A stretch of DNA of 64,000 bases from Phycisphaerae bacterium (GTDB lineage: Bacteria; Planctomycetota; Phycisphaerae; SM23-33), in assembly GCA_046541415.1 (NCBI GenBank), contig JBKHDI010000001.1, positions 32,657-96,656 on the forward strand, read 5' to 3'. The notes below the pieces were generated by a model. That model ran no database searches. It worked only from the letters and a program-made list of their open reading frames with translations, and was not told where the DNA came from. Each line of letters opens with the position of its first letter. Positions within the stretch are counted from its first letter, which is position 1. Both the position numbers and the translations under genes were made by a program. Shown one piece after another: positions 55,201 to 64,000 of this stretch.

Positions 55201-56652
55201 TTACGCGTCGTAGGTCTGGGCCGTGACGTCGCCGCCGGTGCCCGTCCAGTTGGTGTGGAAGAACTCGCCGCGCGGCTTGTCGACGCGCTCGTAAGTGTGG
55301 GCGCCGAAGTAGTCGCGCTGGGCCTGGAGCAGGTTGGCCGGCAGGCGCTCGGAGCGGTAGCCGTCGAAGTACGCCAGGGCCGAGCTGAAGGCCGGAACCG
55401 GCACGCCCTGGACGACCGCATGGGCCACCACCCGCCGCCAGGCTTCCTGCGACTCGATGACCGCCTTCTTGAAGTAGGGGTCCAGCAGCAGGTTGACCAG
55501 TTCCGGATCGTTCTTGTACGCGTCGCGGATCTTGCCGAGGAACTGCGAGCGGATGATGCACCCGCCGCGCCACATCAGGGCGATCCCGCCGTAGTTCAGG
55601 TCCCAACTGTACTCCTTGGCAGCCTCGCGCATCAGCTGGTAGCCCTGTGCGTAGGAGACGATCTTGGACGCATAGAGGGCGTCGCGGATGTCGTTGAGGA
55701 ACGACTTCCTGTCGCCTTCGAACTTCGGGCTCGGGCCGGTCAGCTGCTTGGACGCCTCGACACGCTCTTCCTTCAAAGCCGAGAGGCAGCGGGCGAAGAC
55801 CGCCTCGCCGATCAGCGTCAGGGGCATGCCCAGTTCCAGCGCGGTAATGCCCGTCCACTTGCCCGTGCCCTTCTGTCCGGCGCGGTCCATGATCACGTCG
55901 ACCATGGGCTTACCCGTCTGCTCGTCATCCTTGGACAGGATGTCGCGGGTGATCTCGATGAGGTAGCTGTCCAGGTCACCGGCGTTCCACTCGTCGAAGA
56001 CCTCGGACATCTCCTTGGGGCTCATGCCCATCGACTGCATCATCGAGTAGGCCTCGCAGATCAGCTGCATGTCGCCATATTCGATGCCGTTGTGAACCAT
56101 CTTGACGAAATGGCCCGCGCCGTCCTGGCCGACCCAGTCGCAGCAGGGCTCGCCGCCCTCGACCTTGGCCGAGATGTCCTGGAAGATCGGCTTGACGTGC
56201 TCCCAAGCTGCCGGGCTGCCGCCGGGCATGATGCTCGGACCGCGACGGGCGCCTTCTTCGCCGCCGGAAACACCCGTGCCGATGTAGAGCATGCCCTTGT
56301 CTTCGACATACTTCGTGCGGCGGATGGTGTCGTTGAAGTTGCTGTTGCCCCCGTCGATGATGATATCGCCTTCGTCCAGATGGGGGATGACCTTGTCGAT
56401 GAACTTGTCGACTGCGTCGCCTGCCTTGACCAGCAGCATCACGCGGCGGGGCTTCTTGAGCTTCGAGACGAACTCCTCGATCGAGTGAGTCCCGATCACA
56501 TCAGTACCCTTGGCCGGGCCCTCGATGAACTTGTCGACCTTCTCGACCGTCCGGTTGAACACGGCAATGGTGTAGCCGTTGTCGTTCATGTTCAACACGA
56601 GGTTCTGGCCCATCACGGCCAGTCCAATCAATCCTAGATCCGCTTCTGACAT
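55201..56652 (-). CDS. gnd: NADP-dependent 6-phosphogluconate dehydrogenase (decarboxylating)
   Basis: [15 protein letters not shown] Rossmann motif and full-length 6PGDH pattern (483 aa). Confidence 0.93.
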   Translation of the reverse strand: MSEADLGLIGLAVMGQNLVLNMNDNGYTIAVFNRTVEKVDKFIEGPAKGTDVIGTHSIEEFVSKLKKPRRVMLLVKAGDAVDKFIDKVIPHLDEGDIIIDGGNSNFNDTIRRTKYVEDKGMLYIGTGVSGGEEGARRGPSIMPGGSPAAWEHVKPIFQDISAKVEGGEPCCDWVGQDGAGHFVKMVHNGIEYGDMQLICEAYSMMQSMGMSPKEMSEVFDEWNAGDLDSYLIEITRDILSKDDEQTGKPMVDVIMDRAGQKGTGKWTGITALELGMPLTLIGEAVFARCLSALKEERVEASKQLTGPSPKFEGDRKSFLNDIRDALYASKIVSYAQGYQLMREAAKEYSWDLNYGGIALMWRGGCIIRSQFLGKIRDAYKNDPELVNLLLDPYFKKAVIESQEAWRRVVAHAVVQGVPVPAFSSALAYFDGYRSERLPANLLQAQRDYFGAHTYERVDKPRGEFFHTNWTGTGGDVTAQTYDA

Positions 56653-56808
56653 ATCGTCTATTCCTCTCTGCGAAATAATCGAACCCGTATATCGGCTGGC
56701 TCGTCGACGAAAGCCCTCTCCCGCCGCTGCAGCCGGATTTCCTACTCTACCGCACGCGAAGACAATTGCAAGTTCAAGCGTCCGCAAATCCTAACGAACC
56801 GCCCAGGC

Positions 56809-56837
56809 TTGACACCGCGTCACAGCCGACCTCTAAT
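56809..56837 (+). promoter_or_regulatory. sigma70-type promoter: -35 TTGACA (56809-56814), 17-nt spacer, -10 TCTAAT (56832-56837)
   Basis: Read directly. ~50 nt upstream of small gene at 56890. Confidence 0.35.
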
Positions 56838-56889
56838 AACCCCTGCAGTGACTGCACCACACCCATCGCCTGGCTCGAAAGGAACTGTC

Positions 56890-57156
56890 GTGAAAGACAA
56901 ACACATTATTGTAGGCGTCCACATCACTGATCGGCTGGCAGAAGCCGTCGAAGTCCAGAAACACCTGACCGCCAACGGACACCTGATCAAGACCCGCCTG
57001 GGCCTCCACGAGATCGATGGCGCCAGCGGGGCGCCTAACGGCATCCTCCTGCTGGAAATGATCGACGACGAAGCCGCCGCCGACAAGTTTGTCTCCGAAC
57101 TGAGCGGCATCGAAGGCGTCGAAGCCAAGAAAATGACCTTCGACCACCCCGCCTGA
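56890..57156 (+). CDS. small conserved protein, predicted ferredoxin-like/ACT-NikR-C-like fold (88 aa)
   Basis: GTG start with AAAGGAA RBS. Beta-alpha-beta-beta-alpha-beta periodicity inferred from sequence. Confidence 0.45.
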   Translation: MKDKHIIVGVHITDRLAEAVEVQKHLTANGHLIKTRLGLHEIDGASGAPNGILLLEMIDDEAAADKFVSELSGIEGVEAKKMTFDHPA

Positions 57157-57175
57157 GGCAAACTGGGGAGGTACT

Positions 57176-57859
57176 GTGACCTCGAACCCTTCGAATCCAT
57201 TCGGGCTGACGGACCCTATCGGCCCGCATTTGGCACCCGACGGATACGACGACCCCTTGGTCAGCCAGATCGAGTGGACCCCGGTGGCATGCGATTCCGT
57301 TGAAACGATGGGCAGCCGAGATCTCCGACGACTTGCCCCGAATGCCTGGCAACTGCGTGCCTCGCGGCATGTCCGGTTTTTGATGATGGCTGTCCTGATG
57401 GTCGCATTGGCGTGCCTTCTCTGGGCGGGCTGGATTATACTTGGTCTCTTTGCCGGCCAGAACCAGAACGTGGCACTGGCAGGGGCCTTGCTGGTCATCT
57501 GCATGATACTTTCACGACCATGTGAACTGATCGATACGTTGTCGGGCCTCGCGCCGATCCGGATTGACCTGAATCTGGGGTGGCTCTGGCAGGGGCGAAG
57601 ACCAGCCGAGGGCGACCAGACCGATCTCAAGGCCCGCCGCGTTCGCATCGAGTCCATCCATGCCCTGCAGCTTTTGTTCAAATCGATTCACACCCCCGGG
57701 GCTGACTATCCCGCCCAAAGCTACGAGTTGAATCTGATCACCCACGGCGGGCAGCGGATGAACCTGCTGGACAATCGGCTGCGGCACGAGGCCCTTGGCC
57801 ATGCAAAGAATCTGGCCGAGATTCTCGACGTTCCGCTCTGGAAACAGATGGGCCGCTGA
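57176..57859 (+). CDS. hypothetical membrane protein (two TM helices mid-protein)
   Basis: 20 nt after preceding small gene. Hydrophobic segments FLMMAVLMVALACLLWAGWIILGLF and ALAGALLVICMIL. Confidence 0.45.
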   Translation: MTSNPSNPFGLTDPIGPHLAPDGYDDPLVSQIEWTPVACDSVETMGSRDLRRLAPNAWQLRASRHVRFLMMAVLMVALACLLWAGWIILGLFAGQNQNVALAGALLVICMILSRPCELIDTLSGLAPIRIDLNLGWLWQGRRPAEGDQTDLKARRVRIESIHALQLLFKSIHTPGADYPAQSYELNLITHGGQRMNLLDNRLRHEALGHAKNLAEILDVPLWKQMGR

Positions 57860-58199
57860 CCATTTCTGAGAAATGCAGATCGGCCATCCCCGAATCACAT
57901 GCTGTTCCGGGTGCACTGGATATCAAACGCCATGGCGATGTCGCAGGTACTGAAGATCCCGATATGCAAAGGCAAACAACCTGCTCGGGTTGGAGTCCGG
58001 CCTTTACCGCTTGAAATTTGCCGCGCGAGGAACGTCACGAAAATGTTCAGAATGCTGCCACGCAATTTTCGGGCCATGACCGATGCCCAGCCGGTTCAGC
58101 CGAAGGGGCATGACGATCCGCTGGCCGGGCAGATTACAATGAAGCGGATGGCGCCTATAGTTCCTTGAGTCGCCGCAAATTTCAGGACAGGAGAGTCAC

Positions 58200-58442
58200 G
58201 TGCCGCAGCTGAAATACATCATGCAGTTCGAGAACGAGGGTCACGCCCGGGCGGCGATGGCGAGATTGGCGCAGCTGCGTATCGCGGCCGAGTCGGTTCC
58301 TGCCGAGCAGGTAAGCCCGGGCCGGCTGCCGGATTACGTGGATCTCGACCGGGGCGGCTGGCTGATTTACGTCGACCCGGCCCGGTGGAACGACGCGGCG
58401 ATGGGACTGGAGGAGATGCAGCAGTATCCCGAGCGGGATTGA
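58200..58442 (+). CDS. hypothetical small protein (80 aa)
   Basis: GTG start preceded by AGGAGAG RBS. Followed by bidirectional terminator. Confidence 0.4.
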   Translation: MPQLKYIMQFENEGHARAAMARLAQLRIAAESVPAEQVSPGRLPDYVDLDRGGWLIYVDPARWNDAAMGLEEMQQYPERD

Positions 58443-58461
58443 CGCAAGAATACCCATGCAA

Positions 58462-58504
58462 AACGAGCAGGCGACCCGATATGGGCCACCTGCTCGTTCT
58501 TTTG
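58462..58504. terminator. bidirectional intrinsic terminator (10-bp stem AACGAGCAGG/CCTGCTCGTT, then CTTTTGAAAAA)
   Basis: Read directly between convergent genes. Confidence 0.65.
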
Positions 58505-58523
58505 AAAAACTATCTGGCTGTGC

Positions 58524-59195
58524 TCAGCGGCGTCTGCGGCGCAAGACCAGCAGGCCACCCAGGCCCAGCAGGGACATCGTGGCCGGTTCGGGCACGATTT
58601 CCAGCTTGATGTCACTGACCGTGCCGTAGATCCCGCCCTCGGCGCCGAGATAGGACGGATAGCCAACCGGGGCGACCTCGGAAGAACCTTCGAAGGTCGA
58701 GATCCCGTTGAGGTATCGCAACTGATAGCCCGCATGGTCGGTGAAATCACCGATCGCGGTGATCTGACCGGTTGCAGTCAGGACCTCGCCATCGACCATG
58801 AAGACCTCGGTCGTCTGGATGAAGGTCGTCAGGTCGACCGCGTAGTCGCCGTCACCGGCTTCGGTCCAGATGCCGCTCTTGAGCGACAGCGTCCCGCCGG
58901 TGTAGACGGTCTTGAAGACCTGCCGCATCGTACCGTCGCCCAAGTCGTCCATGTCGATGACCGAGTCGCTGTCAACGACCGCCCCTGAGAGGACCCACTG
59001 GGTCCCCAGGTCGGCCCCGTCGTAGCTCTGGGCATCCAGAAGGTCGCCCACGGGGTCGACAGTGGCGTCGTCGGAGGCCAAGGTCCACCGGCCGTCCAGT
59101 ACGTCTGGCGTTTCATAGGTTCCGACGATCGGAGCCGCCACAGATAGGGCGCAACTCGCTGCTAACACAAGAGATGCAATAAGTGCTTGTTTCAT
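58524..59195 (-). CDS. PEP-CTERM sorting-domain secreted protein
   Basis: N-terminal signal peptide. C-terminal VPEPATMSLLGLGGLLVLRRRRR (PEP motif + TM + Arg cluster). GGAGG RBS. Confidence 0.85.
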   Translation of the reverse strand: MKQALIASLVLAASCALSVAAPIVGTYETPDVLDGRWTLASDDATVDPVGDLLDAQSYDGADLGTQWVLSGAVVDSDSVIDMDDLGDGTMRQVFKTVYTGGTLSLKSGIWTEAGDGDYAVDLTTFIQTTEVFMVDGEVLTATGQITAIGDFTDHAGYQLRYLNGISTFEGSSEVAPVGYPSYLGAEGGIYGTVSDIKLEIVPEPATMSLLGLGGLLVLRRRRR

Positions 59196-59370
59196 ATCAT
59201 TCCTCCAGAGACCAATTTGATTTCACATGCTCGGTGGCTCGGCCACCAGCTTCACTACCCGAAAAGTCGTATTGCGAGATACGTGATTATACACAGAGCC
59301 CAGCCGGCCGGCCAAGGCTGTTTCGGAATTCCCGCTCTGGACCACTAATTTAGGGGGTTTTCCCATCAGA

Positions 59371-59898
59371 ATGGGGATTGACCGGCCCGTAATTGCAGAT
59401 ATTGTCGTTGCTATGACCGATATGCGAGGATTCCAGGACCAGGGGGAATATATACCCCGCAGACGATTCGATCTGGCCGACCTGTGGGCCCCGGGCCAGC
59501 CGCTTCCCGGCGGGGCGAAGCTCAAGGCCATCGCCCGGCGCGTCGGGCGGTTCTGGGAGTGTCCCGAACTGGCGACCCGGGCGCGGATCATCTACTCGAC
59601 ACGTATGCGGACGACAATCGGCATGGCCCGGCTGGACGAGGACCTCGTCGAACTCAACCCCGTCCTGCTGACCGAACACCCCGAGGAGTTCATCGAGACG
59701 CTGGCCCACGAGCTGGCCCACCTTGTGGTCTACTGGCGGTACGGTAGCAGGGCCAAGCCCCACGGGCGCGAGTTTTTCACGCTCATGCGGGCGGTGAATC
59801 TCTCTGGCAAGGCCACCCACGAACTGAACGTCGAACACCTCCGCAGACCCCGACTCAGCGCCAGACGGGTTCGCCGCGATCGCCGGGGCCGAAAGTGA
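59371..59898 (+). CDS. SprT-like zinc metalloprotease domain protein
   Basis: HELAHLVVYW HExxH motif in SprT-like context. Basic C-terminal tail. Opposite-strand track ORF 59350..59913 rejected. Confidence 0.65.
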   Translation: MGIDRPVIADIVVAMTDMRGFQDQGEYIPRRRFDLADLWAPGQPLPGGAKLKAIARRVGRFWECPELATRARIIYSTRMRTTIGMARLDEDLVELNPVLLTEHPEEFIETLAHELAHLVVYWRYGSRAKPHGREFFTLMRAVNLSGKATHELNVEHLRRPRLSARRVRRDRRGRK

Positions 59899-59987
59899 GG
59901 GGTTGACTTGCACCCCGCTTCGGCCGATCCTTCCGGCTGGGCCATTTTGACGTACTGACTTACACCCATCAATAAGGACGCGAACCC

Positions 59988-61319
59988 TTGAGTTATCTGC
60001 AGTTTCCCGAGAATTTCCTCTGGGGCGTGGCCACGGCCAGCTACCAGGTCGAAGGTGCCACCCACGAAGACGGACGCGGCGAGAGCATCTGGGACACCTT
60101 CTGCCGGATTCCGGGCAAGGTCTACGCCGGCAACAACGGGGACGTGGCCGTCGACCAGTACCACCGCTACGCCGAAGACGTCGAGCTGATGCGCAGGATG
60201 TCCGCCGGGGCCTACCGATTCTCCATCGCCTGGCCGCGGATCTTCCCCGAAGGGACGGGCCCGCAGAACCCCAAGGGGTTCGACTACTACCATCGGTTGA
60301 TCGACGCGCTGCTGGAAGCCGGGATCAAGCCCGCAGCCACGCTCTACCACTGGGACCTGCCCCAGAAACTGCAGGACAAGGGAGGCTGGCCCGAGCGGGA
60401 CACGGCCAAGGCCTTCGCCGATTACGCCCAGGTCTGCTTCGATGAACTGGGCGACAAAGTCGATTTCTGGATCACCCTCAACGAGCCGAAAGTCTCGTCG
60501 GTCGGCGGGTATCTCCAGGGTTGGCACGCCCCCGGGATTTGCGACGGGAAGCTGTTTTCCCGGGCGGTCCACCACCTGAATCTCGGCCACGGCCTGGCCG
60601 TACAGGCCTACCGGGCGACTGGCCAGCGAGGCCAGATCGGCGCGACACTGGACATGCAGCACTGCAGGCCCGCGACGGATCGGCCCGAAGACATCGAGGC
60701 CGCCGACGCCGCCTTCGATCGTTCCGTCCGCGTCCATGGCGGGCCCATCATGGGCAAGGGGTATCCCCAGCGTTATCTGGACAAGTGGCCCGATCAGCCG
60801 TTCCCGATCGAAAACGGCGACATGGAGACCATCGCCTCCCGGACCGATTTTCTCGGACTCAACTACTATTTCCAGCAGGCCTTCGAGCACAACCCGGACA
60901 CGATCGACGGCTATCGCCTGGCGGGCAACTACGAGCCGACCACCCACATGGGCTGGCCCATCGTGCCGCGGGGCCTCTTCGAGCAGCTCCGCTGGATCGA
61001 CACCGAGTACGACCACCCGACGATCTACATCACCGAGAACGGCTGCGCCTGTCCCGATGAGCCCAACGCTGCAGGCGACCGCGTCCATGACCCGCGCCGG
61101 GTTGAGTATCTTCGAGATCACTTTCGGGCAGCCTGCGATGCCATCGCCGCCGGCGTGGACCTGCGGGGCTATTTCGTCTGGAGCTTTATCGACAACTTCG
61201 AATGGGCCTGGGGTTACTCCCGCCGCTTCGGAATCGTCTACTGCGACTACATGACCCTCAAGCGGATCCCCAAGGACAGCTATTACTTCTGCCGCGACGT
61301 CTTCTCCGGGACTATCTGA
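59988..61319 (+). CDS. GH1 beta-glucosidase
   Basis: TLNEP acid/base and ITENG nucleophile motifs. N-terminus FPENFLWGVATASYQVEG. TTG start. Confidence 0.9.
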   Translation: MSYLQFPENFLWGVATASYQVEGATHEDGRGESIWDTFCRIPGKVYAGNNGDVAVDQYHRYAEDVELMRRMSAGAYRFSIAWPRIFPEGTGPQNPKGFDYYHRLIDALLEAGIKPAATLYHWDLPQKLQDKGGWPERDTAKAFADYAQVCFDELGDKVDFWITLNEPKVSSVGGYLQGWHAPGICDGKLFSRAVHHLNLGHGLAVQAYRATGQRGQIGATLDMQHCRPATDRPEDIEAADAAFDRSVRVHGGPIMGKGYPQRYLDKWPDQPFPIENGDMETIASRTDFLGLNYYFQQAFEHNPDTIDGYRLAGNYEPTTHMGWPIVPRGLFEQLRWIDTEYDHPTIYITENGCACPDEPNAAGDRVHDPRRVEYLRDHFRAACDAIAAGVDLRGYFVWSFIDNFEWAWGYSRRFGIVYCDYMTLKRIPKDSYYFCRDVFSGTI

Positions 61320-61349
61320 GACCCGCAGCGCTGGGCCACGAAAGAGACC

Positions 61350-64000
61350 ATGACCGACGAGATCATCTGCCGCAAGGGCCCCTACAGCCTCACCGCCGAC
61401 GGGGCCTTCATCATAGACGACTACCACCGGGCCAAGCCCTTCTCCAGCTTCCTGCCCGGTGTGGCGGGGCTCTGGGGCGTGCCGATGTGGCTGTACTTCG
61501 TCAACCGTGGCCAGGCCGTCGCCTGCTTCGGAACCGAAGACAAAGACCATGCCATCCTGCCGTTCGAGTCAGCGAATCTGCATCATCGACGCATTGCTGA
61601 CGAAGGCTTCCGGACGTTCATCCGCCTGGCCGACGGGCGATTCTACGAGCCATTCCGCTCCGTGCAGGACGACTACGACGTGACCAACCGCCTGGAGATC
61701 AGGCCCAACAGCCTGGGGCTGGTCGAGACCAACGCGACCCTGGGACTGGAGATCCGCGTCGAGATGGCCTGTGCGACCGGCGAGAGCTTCCCAGCCCTGG
61801 CCCGCCGCGTGACGATTCGGAACACCGGCGCCGAAGCGATGGATTGTGAACTGATCGACGGCCTCGGCCGCATCCTGCCGTACTACATCCCGGCTGAGCT
61901 GGAACATGTCATGCCCTTCATCTCCGAAGGGTACCTGCAGGTAGAGGGCCTGGAGCAGAACCTGCCGTTGCTGAAGAACAAGGCCCAGTCCTCGGATACC
62001 CCTGAGACCGAGTTCGTCCGGAAGTGTCACTTCTTCTTCGGCCTGGACGACACGGCCGGGGACGGCGAGCTCCTGCCGGCGATCGTCGACTTCCGCCGCG
62101 TCTTCGGCGACACGCTGGACTGGCACCGTCCTTACGCGTTCCTGCAGGCCCAGCCGTTCGACCCGTCGGTCCGTCAGGACCAGCACGCGATGACGCCATC
62201 GGCGATGGTCTACTGGCAGGGCAGCGTGAGGCCGGACGCCGATCAGTCCATCCGCCTGACGATCGGCCAGGCGCGCAACGCCGCCGAGGCTCGCGGTATC
62301 CCCACCGCGGTCTCCAACCGGGATTGGTTCGATGCCAACAACGCCGCTGCCGAACGGGAGATCTCCCGCATAGCCGACCACATGTTCCTGCATTCCTCTC
62401 GTCGCGTGCTGGACCTCTACGCCGGGCGAAGCTTCGTCGACAACACCCTTCGCGGCGGGCTGCCGCTGACCCTGGGCAGCGGAGCGGGCAAGAAGATCTT
62501 CCACGTCTTCTCGCGCCGTCACGGCGACCTGGAACGCGACTACAACAACTTCCAGCTCGATGCGACGTATCTTTCCCAGGGCAACGGGGCGTTCCGCGAC
62601 GTCAATCAAAACCGGCGATCCGATGTCTGGTTCAACCCGGACATCGAAGACCAGAACGTCCGGTTCTTCTTCAACCTCATTCAGCCCGACGGATTCAACC
62701 CGCTGCAGATCCAGGGAGCACGCTTTGCCATCTGCGATGAGAAGGCCCTGGGCCAAATGCTGGACCAGGCCTTCGCGCCCGAGCAGAAACAGACGGTCGC
62801 GAACCTGCTGGAAGGCGACTTCGCCCCGGGCGAACTGTTCGAAGGGCTCATCGAGGCCGGCATCGAGCCGAAAATGGACCGCCGGGAACTTCTCGACGCT
62901 CTGGTAAACTTGTCGGAGAAAATTGAGGCCGCCGAATTCGAGGCCGGCTACTGGGCAGACCACTGGTTCTACAACTTCGACCTGCTGGAAAGCTACCTGG
63001 CGATCTTCCCCGACCGCCTGCGCCCGCTGCTGGTCGACAACCGCGATTACACCTACTGGGACCCGGACGTGCAGGTCAAGCCGCGCCGCGAGAAGTACGT
63101 CATCTACCGGGAAGGGGAGTTGAAACACCTCGACTCGATCCGCCTGGATCCGGAGAAAGCTGCCCTGGTCGAGTCACGCAAAACTCTGCCGCGCCTGGTC
63201 CGCCTGGAAGACGGCCAGGGCCCGATCCACCGAACCAACCTGCTGGAGAAGCTGCTCTGTCTGCTGGCCAACAAGGCCGCCACGTTCAGCCCCTCGGGAC
63301 TTGGGATCGAAATGGACGGCGGCCGACCCGGCTGGAACGACTCGGTCAACGGCCTGCCCGGACTGTTCGGCGCCAGCGTCTCCGAAGTCATCCAGCTCAA
63401 GCGGGCGGTGGAAATGACACATCGCCTGGCCGAGAAGGCGGGGCTCGACGAGAGCTACAGCCAGCCAATCCCGGCGGAACTGGCCGGCCTGATCGGCCAG
63501 TTGCAGAAGATCCTCACATCCCGCATCGAAGCAGCCGACAGTCCCCAGGCCGAGTACGACTACTGGGACCGGGCCAACGACGCCAAAGAGGAGTACCGCC
63601 TGAAGGTGCACCTGGGCTTCTCCGGGAAGATGGCCGAGATCACCTGGGCGCGGATTTCGAAGTTTCTCCAGGCCGTCGCCCGGCGGACGCAGATCTCACT
63701 GGACAAGTCAGTCGACCCCGCTACGGGTCTGCTCTCGACCTACATCACCCACAAACCGGTCGAGTACGAACCGCTGTTCGACCCCGACGGCCAGCCGCTG
63801 ACCAGTGAGAGAGGGGCCCACCTGGCGCACGTCAGCGCCTTCCAACTGCACCGGTTCCCGGCCTTCCTGGAAGCGCCTCTGCACGCCCTGCGCATCGAGC
63901 AGGATCCGCACGAAGCCCGCAGGCTCGACCAGGCTGTCCGCAACAGCCCGCTGCGGGACGAGAAGCTTCAGATGTACATCGCCGGGGACAGCGTGGCCGA
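61350..64000 (+). CDS. large glycoside hydrolase/phosphorylase-like protein, 3'-truncated by window end (>883 aa)
   Basis: Continuous frame-0 ORF from ATG 61350 (GAAAGAG RBS) with no stop to window end. Not in the track because it lacks a stop. Protein-like composition. Family not assignable by eye. Confidence 0.55.
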   Translation, partial: MTDEIICRKGPYSLTADGAFIIDDYHRAKPFSSFLPGVAGLWGVPMWLYFVNRGQAVACFGTEDKDHAILPFESANLHHRRIADEGFRTFIRLADGRFYEPFRSVQDDYDVTNRLEIRPNSLGLVETNATLGLEIRVEMACATGESFPALARRVTIRNTGAEAMDCELIDGLGRILPYYIPAELEHVMPFISEGYLQVEGLEQNLPLLKNKAQSSDTPETEFVRKCHFFFGLDDTAGDGELLPAIVDFRRVFGDTLDWHRPYAFLQAQPFDPSVRQDQHAMTPSAMVYWQGSVRPDADQSIRLTIGQARNAAEARGIPTAVSNRDWFDANNAAAEREISRIADHMFLHSSRRVLDLYAGRSFVDNTLRGGLPLTLGSGAGKKIFHVFSRRHGDLERDYNNFQLDATYLSQGNGAFRDVNQNRRSDVWFNPDIEDQNVRFFFNLIQPDGFNPLQIQGARFAICDEKALGQMLDQAFAPEQKQTVANLLEGDFAPGELFEGLIEAGIEPKMDRRELLDALVNLSEKIEAAEFEAGYWADHWFYNFDLLESYLAIFPDRLRPLLVDNRDYTYWDPDVQVKPRREKYVIYREGELKHLDSIRLDPEKAALVESRKTLPRLVRLEDGQGPIHRTNLLEKLLCLLANKAATFSPSGLGIEMDGGRPGWNDSVNGLPGLFGASVSEVIQLKRAVEMTHRLAEKAGLDESYSQPIPAELAGLIGQLQKILTSRIEAADSPQAEYDYWDRANDAKEEYRLKVHLGFSGKMAEITWARISKFLQAVARRTQISLDKSVDPATGLLSTYITHKPVEYEPLFDPDGQPLTSERGAHLAHVSAFQLHRFPAFLEAPLHALRIEQDPHEARRLDQAVRNSPLRDEKLQMYIAGDSVA

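Noticed and set aside
59350-59913. minus-strand 187-aa ORF overlapping SprT-like gene
   Set aside because: Plus-strand frame contains the HELAHLVVYW metalloprotease motif. Minus frame is low complexity.
61569-63128. 519-aa minus-strand ORF near window end
   Set aside because: Antisense to the stop-free frame-0 plus-strand ORF starting at 61350, which has RBS, operon context with GH1 and protein-like composition.
1-64000. CRISPR arrays, integrases, transposases, IS elements, prophage genes
   Set aside because: Searched by eye for direct-repeat/spacer periodicity and for recombinase motifs in all ORFs. None found. The only mobility hint is the sulfatase remnant next to tRNA-Ala.

Overview
High-GC (~63-66%) chromosomal window, most consistent with a Planctomycetota-like genome. 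This placement is inference from gene content: PEP-CTERM protein, sulfatase remnant, giant multi-domain envelope proteins, GspG-like lipoprotein, many secreted hypotheticals. Nearly all sequence is coding. Housekeeping genes (sigma-70 family factor, apt, gltX, trxA, fba, valS, cimA/leuA-type synthase, hemB, argJ-argC, rplM-rpsI, gnd, mntP, azoR) are interspersed with envelope and secreted proteins, CAZymes (GH10, GH1, six-hairpin glycosidase-like, partial large glycosidase-like gene running off the 3' end) and a hexuronate-type module (UxaE-like + SDR). The window holds one tRNA-Ala(CGC) next to a truncated sulfatase remnant. No CRISPR array, integrase or transposase was recognised. The most unusual content is (i) a minus-strand operon TPR(1034 aa)-ExbB/TolQ-ExbD/TolR followed by an 1165-aa chimeric protein (TolB-like PD40 propeller + TM + TonB/TolA-like Pro/Glu-rich spacer + prenyltransferase/squalene-cyclase-like alpha-toroid), which looks like a noncanonical Tol/Ton-type energised envelope system; (ii) a three-gene cluster of signal-peptide proteins built from LPP20/FlgP-like repeats plus a TPR lipoprotein; (iii) a hemB-linked pair of translationally coupled NirJ/AhbC/AhbD-family radical-SAM/SPASM genes with an intercalated secreted protein carrying a 26-residue poly-Asp tract. 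Several intrinsic terminators, a sigma54-type -24/-12 element upstream of tandem hsp20 genes, and structured leaders are visible. The six-frame track contains many long GC-driven shadow ORFs, which were rejected. Coordinates of starts were chosen by homology expectations plus RBS inspection and can be off by one alternative start.
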